Made by a program: the position numbers and the translations under genes. Shown here one piece after another: positions 8,750 through 16,943 of a stretch of 30,877 nt of DNA (its first letter is position 1; every line of letters begins with the position of its first letter). The DNA is from a virus (taxonomy: Duplodnaviria > Caudoviricetes), in the IMG/VR virus record IMGVR_UViG_3300037465_000164, positions 1-30,877 of that record. One strand, written 5' to 3'. The notes beneath the pieces were generated by a model. It was not told the origin of the DNA, did not search any database, and saw nothing but the letters and a program-made list of their open reading frames with translations.

Positions 8750-8959
8750 CTAAAGCCCGTTGACGCCCTTCGCCACCTTCAGCCAGTTCCGTCCTACATT
8801 GATGAGACCTACCACCAACGCCAGGATGACCTTCTGGACAATCGTGGTGTCCACCCCCGCAAACGCCTCTGTCCCGACCAAGGCAATCAAGGCTGTTGCA
8901 GCTTGCACCGCGCCTTTTTTCAGCGCCAGGAACCACAGGAAATCCCCCACCTTACTCAT
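8750..8959 (-). CDS. Holin-like small membrane protein (start ATG 8959)
   Basis: 69 aa with two hydrophobic segments and a basic C-terminus; GGAGG RBS. Confidence 0.55.
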   Translation of the reverse strand: MSKVGDFLWFLALKKGAVQAATALIALVGTEAFAGVDTTIVQKVILALVVGLINVGRNWLKVAKGVNGL

Positions 8960-9176
8960 GCGTCCCTCCTGGTGAAGGAGCCGCGTCGCTCCCATTCGCC
9001 CCCTTCATGCCTCTAGTCGCCAGATACGAAGCCCCGAACACCTCCGCCGCCCACTTGAGGCTCGTAATATCCCCTGTCTTGAAGCTCACCCACAAGGCCC
9101 CTAACAAGTAGGCCGAGACGCAAGCCACGGCCAGTTGGGAGAGGGTGCTTGATGTCCAGGAGGGTTTTTCAGGCAT
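8952..9176 (-). CDS. Holin-like small membrane protein
   Basis: 74 aa with one clear and one weaker hydrophobic helix; TGATG coupling. Confidence 0.5.
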   Translation of the reverse strand: MPEKPSWTSSTLSQLAVACVSAYLLGALWVSFKTGDITSLKWAAEVFGASYLATRGMKGANGSDAAPSPGGTHE

Positions 9177-9700
9177 CAGAAGTTGAGCGTGATCGCCGCG
9201 CCCACGGCCATGCCCCAGTCCACCTCCTCTAAATCAAAGCTGTAGCTGATGACGGGGCCAATCCGTACATACTTGGTCGCTGCGCTCATCGCTCCGGTCA
9301 GCACCGCAGGAGACAGGCCCTTCACAGAGGCGGGGAGATAACGTGAGGCGATTCCAGGGAGATCGACTGTGGTACTCAGGTAGGCCGTCTTCTCTCCGTC
9401 CGTGCTGTAGCCAACCCGCACGCTCCCCAAGGGGATGTCCTTCGAGGTCACCGTGTAGAGGGCGGCGGAGACGCCATTGTAGGGCTCCCGATCCTCCTGG
9501 AACACGATCACCCAGTCATAACCTGGCTGAAGGTAGTCGACTGTCGCCTTCGTCAAGTCCCAGGCCGTCCTCGGATGGTTGACCACGGCGGGCTCGGATG
9601 AGGGAACCGCCGGATCGACGACTGGATCATCCGCGAACGCCGTCCCTCCGAACAGGGTGCACCACAGCCCGAAGACCACCAGTATCCGCTTCATATTCAT
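9176..9700 (-). CDS. Secreted protein, probable small outer-membrane beta-barrel
   Basis: Sec signal MKRILVVFGLWCTLFGGTAFA/DD, amphipathic beta strands, C-terminal Phe (GMAVGAAITLNF); GGAGG RBS. Confidence 0.6.
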   Translation of the reverse strand: MNMKRILVVFGLWCTLFGGTAFADDPVVDPAVPSSEPAVVNHPRTAWDLTKATVDYLQPGYDWVIVFQEDREPYNGVSAALYTVTSKDIPLGSVRVGYSTDGEKTAYLSTTVDLPGIASRYLPASVKGLSPAVLTGAMSAATKYVRIGPVISYSFDLEEVDWGMAVGAAITLNF

Positions 9701-9759
9701 CCCAATCCCTCCCTTGTTCGTAACCTCTATCTCGACAAGACGTTCCTATCTTACTCCCA

Positions 9760-9951
9760 TTACGCATCCAATCCCGATGACCGCCCCTCCTGCCGCAATA
9801 CCTCCTTGTACGCAGGTTCCCGTCGCCCACAGTTTCCGCATAGGTAGATGTACGTCAGCTCCGTTGGGCTATCGGCGCTGTTCACCGCCACCCGCTCCAT
9901 CGGGTCAGCACAGCCCTTCGGGCAGGGTTTGAAGCGGTCAACCGCACTCAT
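9760..9951 (-). CDS. Small zinc-ribbon-like protein
   Basis: CPKGC and CGNC in 63 aa. Confidence 0.5.
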   Translation of the reverse strand: MSAVDRFKPCPKGCADPMERVAVNSADSPTELTYIYLCGNCGRREPAYKEVLRQEGRSSGLDA

Positions 9952-9976
9952 TTATGTAAACTGTAGTTAGCATAAA
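9951..9976. other. AT-rich imperfect palindrome made of two Xer/dif-like arms
   Basis: tttatgtaaac-tgta-gttagcataaa in an intergenic gap; 9 of 11 positions pair. Confidence 0.45.
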
Positions 9977-10004
9977 GTGTCTGGGAGTTGGTTTGACGCG
10001 ACAC

Positions 10005-10190
10005 TCATCCCGCCCCCAGCAGGTTCCAGCGCAACACCAAGACGGTCACGCTCCAGGCGACCAACGCGAGGTAGAGGCTCAAGGTTAGCGTGACGATGGC
10101 GTAGCCGAGGAGCTGCCACCCCCACCTCGCTCCCCAAAAGAGCAAAACATCGAGCGCGTCCCGCCAGCCGCAGGAGGGCGTCGGAGTCAT
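10005..10190 (-). CDS. Small membrane protein (start ATG 10190)
   Basis: 61 aa with a long hydrophobic stretch; ATGA overlap. Confidence 0.55.
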   Translation of the reverse strand: MTPTPSCGWRDALDVLLFWGARWGWQLLGYAIVTLTLSLYLALVAWSVTVLVLRWNLLGAG

Positions 10191-10447
10191 CGGCTCATCG
10201 CCTCCGCAATGCCCTTGACGATAATCCCGATGACGGAGACCCACACCACTCCCATCATCCACGCCATGAGCGTCTTAGACTGCTCCAGCCGATCCAGACG
10301 GACGACCGCCCCGCGCTCCGGTTTCCCGTTTCCCTCGATGAAGTGGCACACCTTGGCGAGCTTCTCGTCCATCTGGTCAAGCCGCTCCAGGATGTCTCGC
10401 TGGCCCGTCGTCGGCTGCTTGCGGCGCTCCTCTCCATCCCAGGACAT
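10187..10447 (-). CDS. XhlA/holin-like protein with coiled coil and C-terminal TM (start ATG 10447)
   Basis: MSWDGEERR...GNGKP...RLDRLEQ followed by one TM helix, a layout common in phage lysis regions. Confidence 0.6.
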   Translation of the reverse strand: MSWDGEERRKQPTTGQRDILERLDQMDEKLAKVCHFIEGNGKPERGAVVRLDRLEQSKTLMAWMMGVVWVSVIGIIVKGIAEAMSR

Positions 10448-10596
10448 TAGTCGCACACCCGCCAGCGTTGCACTGCAAAACATGCCTCCCGATTTTCCAG
10501 AGGACAGCACCAGAAGACCTCGTCCGTCCCATCCCACTCCCGCAACCCCTGGGGGCGAGGAAGAGCCTGTTGTTGCTGGTAGAGGGGAAGTCGCAT
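10447..10596 (-). CDS. Hypothetical 49 aa protein (below the ORF-track cutoff)
   Basis: MRLPLYQQQQ...FWCCPLENREACFAVQRWRVCD; exact TGATG and TAATG couplings at both ends. Confidence 0.5.
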   Translation of the reverse strand: MRLPLYQQQQALPRPQGLREWDGTDEVFWCCPLENREACFAVQRWRVCD

Positions 10597-11201
10597 CACC
10601 TTGCTCTAGCCCTCACACACCCCACAATCTTCTTCAACCCTGTCTTCATCACCGCCCCAATCGCAGGCATGGTCTGGTCGCGTAGCGCTGCTTTGAGGGT
10701 CGCAAAGTTGGTGGTCGCGTTGATCTCGGTCTGTCGGGCCGTCACCCAACTGTCAATCTGGGCGTCCACGGCGGCTTTCACGTCGGCGAGTGTGCCGTCA
10801 CAAAACGTATTGGTCGCAATCTCATCTGTAAAGGCTTGCTGGCGCTGTTGCTCAGCGACTTGTGGGGCATCTACTGCGTCCTTCTGCACCTGGCTCATTT
10901 CAGTCACGCTCTCTAGAATCCCATCGACAGGGTTCGTATCCGTGCAGAGCCAGTAGCGATGGGGGATGCCTGAGAGACTGTCGATCTGCCCGCGCAAGGT
11001 ATTCATGTACATCTGCTTCTCTAAGGTCATGCTGTTGTTGGGTGCAATCCAGACGAGGAAGCCAGGGGTTTCGGGAAAGTCCACCGTCTGCTCAAATCGA
11101 GAGACGGCGTTGGGGACAAGGGGATGGGTTGGGTCGCAGACGACCACGTCGTTGGCCCACGCCCACGCAGGGCAGAGGAAGCACGCCAGCAGGAATCTCA
11201 T
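10596..11201 (-). CDS. Signal-peptide protein, fibre-assembly-chaperone-like
   Basis: Signal MRFLLACFLCPAWAWA/ND. The P-x-RYW...VTEMS-x-x-QKDAVDA pattern resembles proteins encoded after fibre genes. Four Cys in the mature part. Confidence 0.6.
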   Translation of the reverse strand: MRFLLACFLCPAWAWANDVVVCDPTHPLVPNAVSRFEQTVDFPETPGFLVWIAPNNSMTLEKQMYMNTLRGQIDSLSGIPHRYWLCTDTNPVDGILESVTEMSQVQKDAVDAPQVAEQQRQQAFTDEIATNTFCDGTLADVKAAVDAQIDSWVTARQTEINATTNFATLKAALRDQTMPAIGAVMKTGLKKIVGCVRARAR

Positions 11202-11917
11202 AGCGGGTACTGATGCCCCAGCATGACTGGTGGCCCTCCGGAGTTCGTCGTCGCGTTACTCACCGTCCCATCGCGGTTGTTGCCGCTCCAGTCCTGCTCA
11301 GGACTGCCTCCGTTGAGCATCCAGAACCCCGCGACGGCATCGCCGTTCCCATCAGGAATGTAACGCAGTTCGTTAGCTTCAACGGCAGTCAGTTCACGCG
11401 TGAACACTTGCACGAACGCCGCCAGCCCGGCGTAGTCGCTACTGTTTTCATCCCCGGACTCCCCGACCGCGAACTCAACGGCGTTCGAAAGGCTCCCCAA
11501 GCCTGCGCTAGTATCGGTGTCCTCCTCCGTTCCGTTCAAATAGAGATGTAAATCATCGTTCGCCCCGTCCCAGGTGCAGCAGATGTGCCCCCAGGCGGCC
11601 TCCACGCCAGTCGTGCTGGAGCTGCCCAGTTCCGTCGTCCCATCCGCCACGCTACAGGAGAGCCTGTTGGTCGTCTGTTGAAACGTTGCGTATCCCGCCA
11701 CCGTCCCGGCCGTGTTTTTCTTCCCGTCCAACCAATCGAACGCATCCGTATCATTCGTCGGGTTGAACCACCCGCACCAGCTCACGTCGCCGGTCGTGAT
11801 GTTGATGACGTTCCCCATGTCCACTTCATCGTTCGCCCCGTCGAAGCTGCGTACCGTGGCTCGTGTCGTAGGCGTACAGAAGAGCAACGCGATAAGGAAT
11901 ACAATGAATTGTCTCAT
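11198..11917 (-). CDS. Secreted LamG-like (concanavalin A-like lectin/glucanase fold) protein
   Basis: Signal MRQFIVFLIALLFCTPTTRA/T. LamG motifs FDGANDEVDMG, WGHICCTWDG, LHLYLNG, FTRELT and DWSGNNRDGT. Confidence 0.85.
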   Translation of the reverse strand: MRQFIVFLIALLFCTPTTRATVRSFDGANDEVDMGNVINITTGDVSWCGWFNPTNDTDAFDWLDGKKNTAGTVAGYATFQQTTNRLSCSVADGTTELGSSSTTGVEAAWGHICCTWDGANDDLHLYLNGTEEDTDTSAGLGSLSNAVEFAVGESGDENSSDYAGLAAFVQVFTRELTAVEANELRYIPDGNGDAVAGFWMLNGGSPEQDWSGNNRDGTVSNATTNSGGPPVMLGHQYPL

Positions 11918-14355
11918 GAGCGCGGGATCCTAATGCCAAACAACAACGCCCTGGCGTCCGCTGCGAAGGTGTCCGAGGCATTGTTGGCATCCCGGCAGAC
12001 CTCCGCTACGACCGTATCGGAGGCCGCCCACGCGAGGTTGGTCTGCGTTTCTGTCCAAGTTGTCACCGTCACCTGTCCCGCCGTGCCTTGCACTGCATCT
12101 GCCGCCGACGCTTCCACCGTCAAGGTCTGGTCAGGGTCAACCCCCTCGGCCACGCCGCTGTTATGCCGAATATCCCAAATCACGTTGCCCGTCGTCACGG
12201 AGGCCGCGTACCACACCACAGTGAAGGTGACTGTTCCTCCAGACGTAATATCTGGCGGGACAATGAAAATGGCTGTCCGACATTCATCGGTGGACTGATC
12301 GAAGTCCACAGGGAGCATGTCCACGTTCGTCCCTGCGTCTTCCGACAGCGGCGGGATGTTCTCACCTGTCTGGAGCATGAGGAGCGCCGACATCGGCCAG
12401 ACGAACTCCTTGTCGGCGTTGGTGTCTGACCCGGAGCCGATCTGCGTCACCGTCGCTCCGTTGCCGATATAGAGCGTATTTGCATCCGCCTCCCAGCAGA
12501 CTTGACCTTCTGCCGTCCCTGCGGTAGAGCAGTCGGTAGCGTGCTGGGGCAGGATCAAGCCCTCGGTCGTAGAAGACACGCTGACCGAACTCATGTTCAG
12601 CAGATCACCGTCCGCGAGAACGATGTTATTGCAGTCCCCGGACGCGCAGTTGTAGACATCGGTGATGTCGCCAGACCCTGACGAGGTCGCCCACGTCAAC
12701 CCGCCCGTGCCATCCGTCTGCAGGAACTGGTTGGCGTCCCCGTCATTGGCTGGCAGTGTGTAGACCGTATTCGCGGCCAACGCGGGCACCTGGAAGCTGG
12801 CGAAGTTGCTCCCCGCGTCGGTGTCTTCCAGGAGGGTCAGGACACCGGCGGTGGTGGCCCCGTTACCGATGGTCAGGTTCGCCAGCGCCCTCAACTCTGC
12901 CGCCGTGAGGGTCAGCGTCGCATTCCCAGCGGTCAGGAGCGGGTCGGACGCCCCGCCCTCCAGCAACAGCGTCGCCGCCGCGCCTCCCCCGACGGTCAGG
13001 CTCGTCACGGGGCTGCGGTCGGTCGTCCCGCTGCCCTGGCTGCCCGCGACGGTCTGAATGATGACTTCCGAGGAGCCGTTGCCGGTGGCGATGCCGCTTA
13101 TGAGGGATAGGTCCCCTCCGCCGAGATTCGTCCCACCCGACACCGCCCCCCCGGCCTTGACGAAGAAGTCCGTCCCAGCGGTTGCCGCCGTGTCCTCCCG
13201 CTGGGCGGCGATCCCTCGGAACGCCGCCGTGACCGCCTGGCCGATGGTGATGTGCCCCGGCGGGTCCCACGCGTCCTGCGCGACCTCCGGATCGCATCCC
13301 AGGCACATCCGCCCGGCCGGGTCCAGTTCGTAGTACGTCCACTTGAAATCCACCCCGGTCCCGCCCAGATCGGAGTAGATGGAGTAGTTGACGTAGGGGT
13401 TCGCCCCGGCGGTCTGGTCGGACTCGTTGACGACGCGGATTCCGATGGCATAGCGCGATGCCGCGGTGGTGTCGTACGCATCATTCTTGATGATGTCTAG
13501 CGCCACTTCGTCCGTCGTCAAGGCGGGAGAGGTCTGCGCGCTCTCGATCGTCAGGTAGGCCCGCTGGCTTGCGGCGGTGTTCTGCAGCTCAACGACTCGG
13601 CCAAGAATCTCAATTTCATCATTGAAGTCAAACGCCGTCACGCCCGTCGTGCTCGTCAGATCGATGCGGTTCGCCACCGTGTCGAAATCCAGCGTGAGCG
13701 ACTCATTGTTCGTCCCATTGACACAGCCGAGGGTGAGCGTCTTGTTCGCGGAGGTCACGCGAGGGTCGCAGGTGCCCGCGTCGAAGGTGAGGGTGGTGAA
13801 TGTCCCAGCCCCCAGCGTAGCGGTCGTCAACTCCGTCAGGTCAAGGTCAATCGTCCGGTCGGCGGAGAGGTCTCCAATCGCCGCAATCCCACTTCCCCCT
13901 GTGAGTGTGCGTCCCGTCCCCACGACCGTCGCAGCGGAGGCGGGAGAGGTCGTCATGGTAATGTCAATCGTATCCGAAGCCGCTGTGCCGGTAATGACGA
14001 GCGGGGAGGTTTCCGTGATCGTGAGGGTATCAGTCGAGGAGTCGGCGACGGGGTTGGTGCCAGCCGGGACGGCGATGGTCTCGAAGGCGTTGCCGCCTGC
14101 TCCGCCTGCAATGGTACAAGTCGTTTTCGTTGAATCGTCCGCACAGGAGACCCCAGCTCCTTCAAAGTTTAATCGTCGTCGCTTGGTCAGTGCGGTATCT
14201 TCGTCCTGGACTTCAATATAGCCTGGCGGAAAGGTGTCTTGGGCGAAGACGACCAACGGCCCTGCGGCCATCAGAAAGGCGAAAAGAAACTTACCCGCCC
14301 GTACTGGGGATTTTCTGCGGAACGATCTCCAACCGATCATTCGCTGAATCAGCAT
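11914..14355 (-). CDS. Long tail-fibre/adhesin-like protein with a signal peptide (start 14355 or 14340)
   Basis: Signal-like RRKSPVRAGKFLFAFLMAAGPLVVFA/QD. Fibre motifs VQDED...LNFEGAGV, FETIAV..GT.PVADSSTDTLT and VYTLP...QFLQTDGTGGLTW. Thr/Gly/Ala-rich with 12 Cys. Confidence 0.8.
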   Translation of the reverse strand: MLIQRMIGWRSFRRKSPVRAGKFLFAFLMAAGPLVVFAQDTFPPGYIEVQDEDTALTKRRRLNFEGAGVSCADDSTKTTCTIAGGAGGNAFETIAVPAGTNPVADSSTDTLTITETSPLVITGTAASDTIDITMTTSPASAATVVGTGRTLTGGSGIAAIGDLSADRTIDLDLTELTTATLGAGTFTTLTFDAGTCDPRVTSANKTLTLGCVNGTNNESLTLDFDTVANRIDLTSTTGVTAFDFNDEIEILGRVVELQNTAASQRAYLTIESAQTSPALTTDEVALDIIKNDAYDTTAASRYAIGIRVVNESDQTAGANPYVNYSIYSDLGGTGVDFKWTYYELDPAGRMCLGCDPEVAQDAWDPPGHITIGQAVTAAFRGIAAQREDTAATAGTDFFVKAGGAVSGGTNLGGGDLSLISGIATGNGSSEVIIQTVAGSQGSGTTDRSPVTSLTVGGGAAATLLLEGGASDPLLTAGNATLTLTAAELRALANLTIGNGATTAGVLTLLEDTDAGSNFASFQVPALAANTVYTLPANDGDANQFLQTDGTGGLTWATSSGSGDITDVYNCASGDCNNIVLADGDLLNMSSVSVSSTTEGLILPQHATDCSTAGTAEGQVCWEADANTLYIGNGATVTQIGSGSDTNADKEFVWPMSALLMLQTGENIPPLSEDAGTNVDMLPVDFDQSTDECRTAIFIVPPDITSGGTVTFTVVWYAASVTTGNVIWDIRHNSGVAEGVDPDQTLTVEASAADAVQGTAGQVTVTTWTETQTNLAWAASDTVVAEVCRDANNASDTFAADARALLFGIRIPRS

Positions 14356-14614
14356 CCACCCAGATTTTGTTCGTGTTATCCAAGTACAATGTGGTTGATT
14401 GCCCTGGCTCCAACCGTTTTCGAGCTGTTGCTGTTTGTGCGTTCGTTTGACTCTCCGCGATATACATCACTTGGCTGTTGTTCAACCTTGCCGTCACCAC
14501 GATAGCCATTCCTTCAGGGACGACATGAGAGGCCACCCGCTCCGCTGTCCCTGGCGCAGCAACACCAACAACGAGCACCGACCAAGAAGTCGCCGACGGC
14601 GGGTAGGCAGGCAT
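14291..14614 (-). CDS. Small beta-sandwich virion-type protein
   Basis: V-x-A-x3-N-x3-MYI...LEPGQS...IWVDAD pattern of small phage structural proteins; no signal peptide. Confidence 0.7.
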   Translation of the reverse strand: MPAYPPSATSWSVLVVGVAAPGTAERVASHVVPEGMAIVVTARLNNSQVMYIAESQTNAQTATARKRLEPGQSTTLYLDNTNKIWVDADSANDRLEIVPQKIPSTGG

Positions 14615-15463
14615 TTACCCCTGCTTCGCCTTCAGCGCCGCCTCGCGGTTCCCGACGGTCTGCTCGCGCCGCGTCACTTCGGCCTCGCGTCGTTCGACCA
14701 GGGCGTCTCGCTCATCGAGGCCACGCACCATCCCTTCGAGCCGCTTCGATTCCGCCGCCAGCTTCTCTGACGCCGAGGCGTGCTCCAGTGCCTTCGCCCG
14801 CACCTCCGCGTCGCGTGCTGCTACCTCAGCCTCACGTTTCGAGACCTCCGCTTCCCGCCGCTCTAAGGCTGGCGTCCGCTCCTGTTCTAGGAGCCGTTGC
14901 AGGTCGGCTTGCTGAGAGGCAACCGCCATCTGCACTTGTCGTTGTCGCTCCAACATGGCAGCGATGGCATCCAGTTCCGCCTGCCGTTGCGTGGCGCGGG
15001 CGGAAAAGTCTTGGTCACGGGCGATAGCGTCCAATCTGGCGTGATTGGTGGCATCCTCCAGACGAGCCAGCCGCTCCTCAACTTCGGCCAGTTTTAACTC
15101 GGCCTGTTGCCTCGCGGCTTCGGCCTTTGCCTGCGCCTCCTGCGACTGGCGGATCACATTCCGCTCCTGGGCTTGCGCCTCTTGCGAGAGCGTTGCGGCC
15201 TTGACCGCCGCCTGCCGTGCCGCCTCCGCCTGTTCCTCCGCCTGCTTCGCGGCGTGAATCCGCGCGGTGAGCTTGGCGTCTTCAGCCATCAGCTCTCGCT
15301 CCCGTTCGGCTACCTTCGCCTCGCGGGCGGCAAGGCTCCTCTCCCAGGCCAGGTCACGGACAGGAGGCTGCGCGGAGAACGCCTGTTCCCGCGCCGTCAA
15401 CCGTTGCTCGCGGGCGTCGAGCTTCCTCGCAAGCTGCTCTAGCTCTTCCAGCGTTTCGCTCAT
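14615..15463 (-). CDS. Long coiled-coil protein (start ATG 15463, 282 aa)
   Basis: Rich in E/R/A/Q heptads with recurring REAEV/REQ units; ATGA overlap. Confidence 0.75.
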   Translation of the reverse strand: MSETLEELEQLARKLDAREQRLTAREQAFSAQPPVRDLAWERSLAAREAKVAERERELMAEDAKLTARIHAAKQAEEQAEAARQAAVKAATLSQEAQAQERNVIRQSQEAQAKAEAARQQAELKLAEVEERLARLEDATNHARLDAIARDQDFSARATQRQAELDAIAAMLERQRQVQMAVASQQADLQRLLEQERTPALERREAEVSKREAEVAARDAEVRAKALEHASASEKLAAESKRLEGMVRGLDERDALVERREAEVTRREQTVGNREAALKAKQG

Positions 15464-15870
15464 TGGATTTCGTAGCCCCACGCCATGATCGAGAAGCTGC
15501 TGCCGGACTCCACGGAGAATGTCAGCGTGGCATCCGTCCCGCCCATCCAGAGTGCCGACCCGCCTGCCTCAAACGTCCGACATCCATAGGACTCGATCGC
15601 AAACGGCGGGATCACGTCGATGTTGTTGCTCTCGACCTCCACCCCCGCAGAGGGGGTCTGCGAGCACGCGATCACGCCTTGGAGGATGATGCGTTTCCCC
15701 GACGCGGGAGTCCAGAGCGCCGTGTCGGCCTGCGGCGTCGTCGAGGTCGCCGTCTTCGTCTGCGTCGTGAACTCCCTCGATGGGAGGTCGGCCCACGCCA
15801 CCGGCATCCACACCGCAAGCGAGCACGCGACCGCGCCCCACCCGCGAACGACCGTGCACCATCTACGCAT
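15460..15870 (-). CDS. Signal-peptide small beta-sandwich protein (start ATG 15870, 136 aa)
   Basis: GGAG RBS; signal MRRW...AVACSLAVWMPVAWA/DL; Thr-rich mature N-terminus; WTPASGKRII...WGYEIQ. Confidence 0.7.
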   Translation of the reverse strand: MRRWCTVVRGWGAVACSLAVWMPVAWADLPSREFTTQTKTATSTTPQADTALWTPASGKRIILQGVIACSQTPSAGVEVESNNIDVIPPFAIESYGCRTFEAGGSALWMGGTDATLTFSVESGSSFSIMAWGYEIQ

Positions 15871-16939
15871 GATTACGTTCTCCCCGTTGTTCCACCGACC
15901 ACCACGCCATGAGTAAGAGGGCGACGGCGCCAACCCTCGCCTGCGACACCGTCTCCTGCACGGCGGAGAGGACCCCAAGCCCAAGGAGGCTCCCCTGGCA
16001 CGCCATCCCCCACCGCGTCGCGGGGACGGAGCGGAGCACCCGTCCCCACGCTGCGAGTGCGAGGATGGCCGTGACCCACCCACCGCAGAGGGCCAGCGTC
16101 AGCCAATCGGAGTGCAGGCTTGGCAGGAGGTAGCCGTACTCCTGACGCACTTCGTTGAGCACCATCGGGGAAAACCCCCACCCCGCGATGGGATGCGCGG
16201 CGCTCGCCACGGCCGCGTGCGTCCACGTCTCCCAGCGCTGCGAGAACTGGAGGTCCAAGACCCCCTCGTGCGCCCACCACGCCACCGGGAGGCTGAGCGC
16301 GACGGAGGCGACACGCCACCGCCACGCGAGAAACGGCCAGAGCGACACGGCGGCGGCGAGGATAGCCAGCGGACGGTGCGACAAGCAGAGAAGGGCGACG
16401 GGGAACGCTGACGTCCACGGCATCCAGGCCAGACAGATCGGCATCCAAGCGACGGCCAGCGACGCGAGGATGCGGTTCGTTCCCGCGATCCCCGCAGGGT
16501 GGACGACCCCAGTCCAGCGTTCCGCCAACACCACGATCACATTGAGGAACAACCATGGAACGACGACCCAGGGGACTTGCCTCCACCGTCCTGCGGGAAC
16601 TTGGAGGAGCGCCCAGAACGCCAAGGTGCTCACCGCGAGCACGCTCACCCCGTTGCTCACCGCCGACGTCTCAAGAAAGTACGCGAAGTAATCTCCGCTC
16701 CGCAACGGCTCCCGCAAGTGCCACGCGCAGAGGGCCGCGCCCCACGCGACGAGGAGCAGGACTCTGCGGGAGAGCACCACCGATGCGGGAACCCGCAACT
16801 GTGCGACCGTGAGGATCAACCCGCCGAAGAGGTATCCCAGCCTCGATGAAACTTGGAGGTCGAGGCCGGGCCACCCCCACGAGGGGAGAAGGCTGACCCA
16901 CGCGACGACGACCGCCCACCAGACCAGACGCCCGCCCAC
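15863..16939 (-). CDS. O-antigen ligase-related (Wzy_C/WaaL/O-OTase superfamily) polytopic membrane protein
   Basis: About ten hydrophobic segments plus the loop signature QRWETW-x8-HPIAGWG...LHSDWL-x5-GG, which matches the R-x-x-x-W...P-x-x-G-x-G...H[NS]-x-[YW]L pattern. Confidence 0.8.
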   Translation of the reverse strand: MGGRLVWWAVVVAWVSLLPSWGWPGLDLQVSSRLGYLFGGLILTVAQLRVPASVVLSRRVLLLVAWGAALCAWHLREPLRSGDYFAYFLETSAVSNGVSVLAVSTLAFWALLQVPAGRWRQVPWVVVPWLFLNVIVVLAERWTGVVHPAGIAGTNRILASLAVAWMPICLAWMPWTSAFPVALLCLSHRPLAILAAAVSLWPFLAWRWRVASVALSLPVAWWAHEGVLDLQFSQRWETWTHAAVASAAHPIAGWGFSPMVLNEVRQEYGYLLPSLHSDWLTLALCGGWVTAILALAAWGRVLRSVPATRWGMACQGSLLGLGVLSAVQETVSQARVGAVALLLMAWWSVEQRGERNHA

Positions 16940-16943
16940 CCGA

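Noticed and set aside
11860-11917. Lipoprotein signals in the Cys-containing leaders (LLFC here; also ACFLC in 10596..11201 and GLWC in 9176..9700)
   Set aside because: None is a convincing lipobox after a full h-region; SPase I sites just downstream fit better.
14300-14340. Tat signal in the fibre leader (SFRRKS)
   Set aside because: It lacks the S/T-R-R-x-F-L-K consensus, so it is treated as a Sec n-region.
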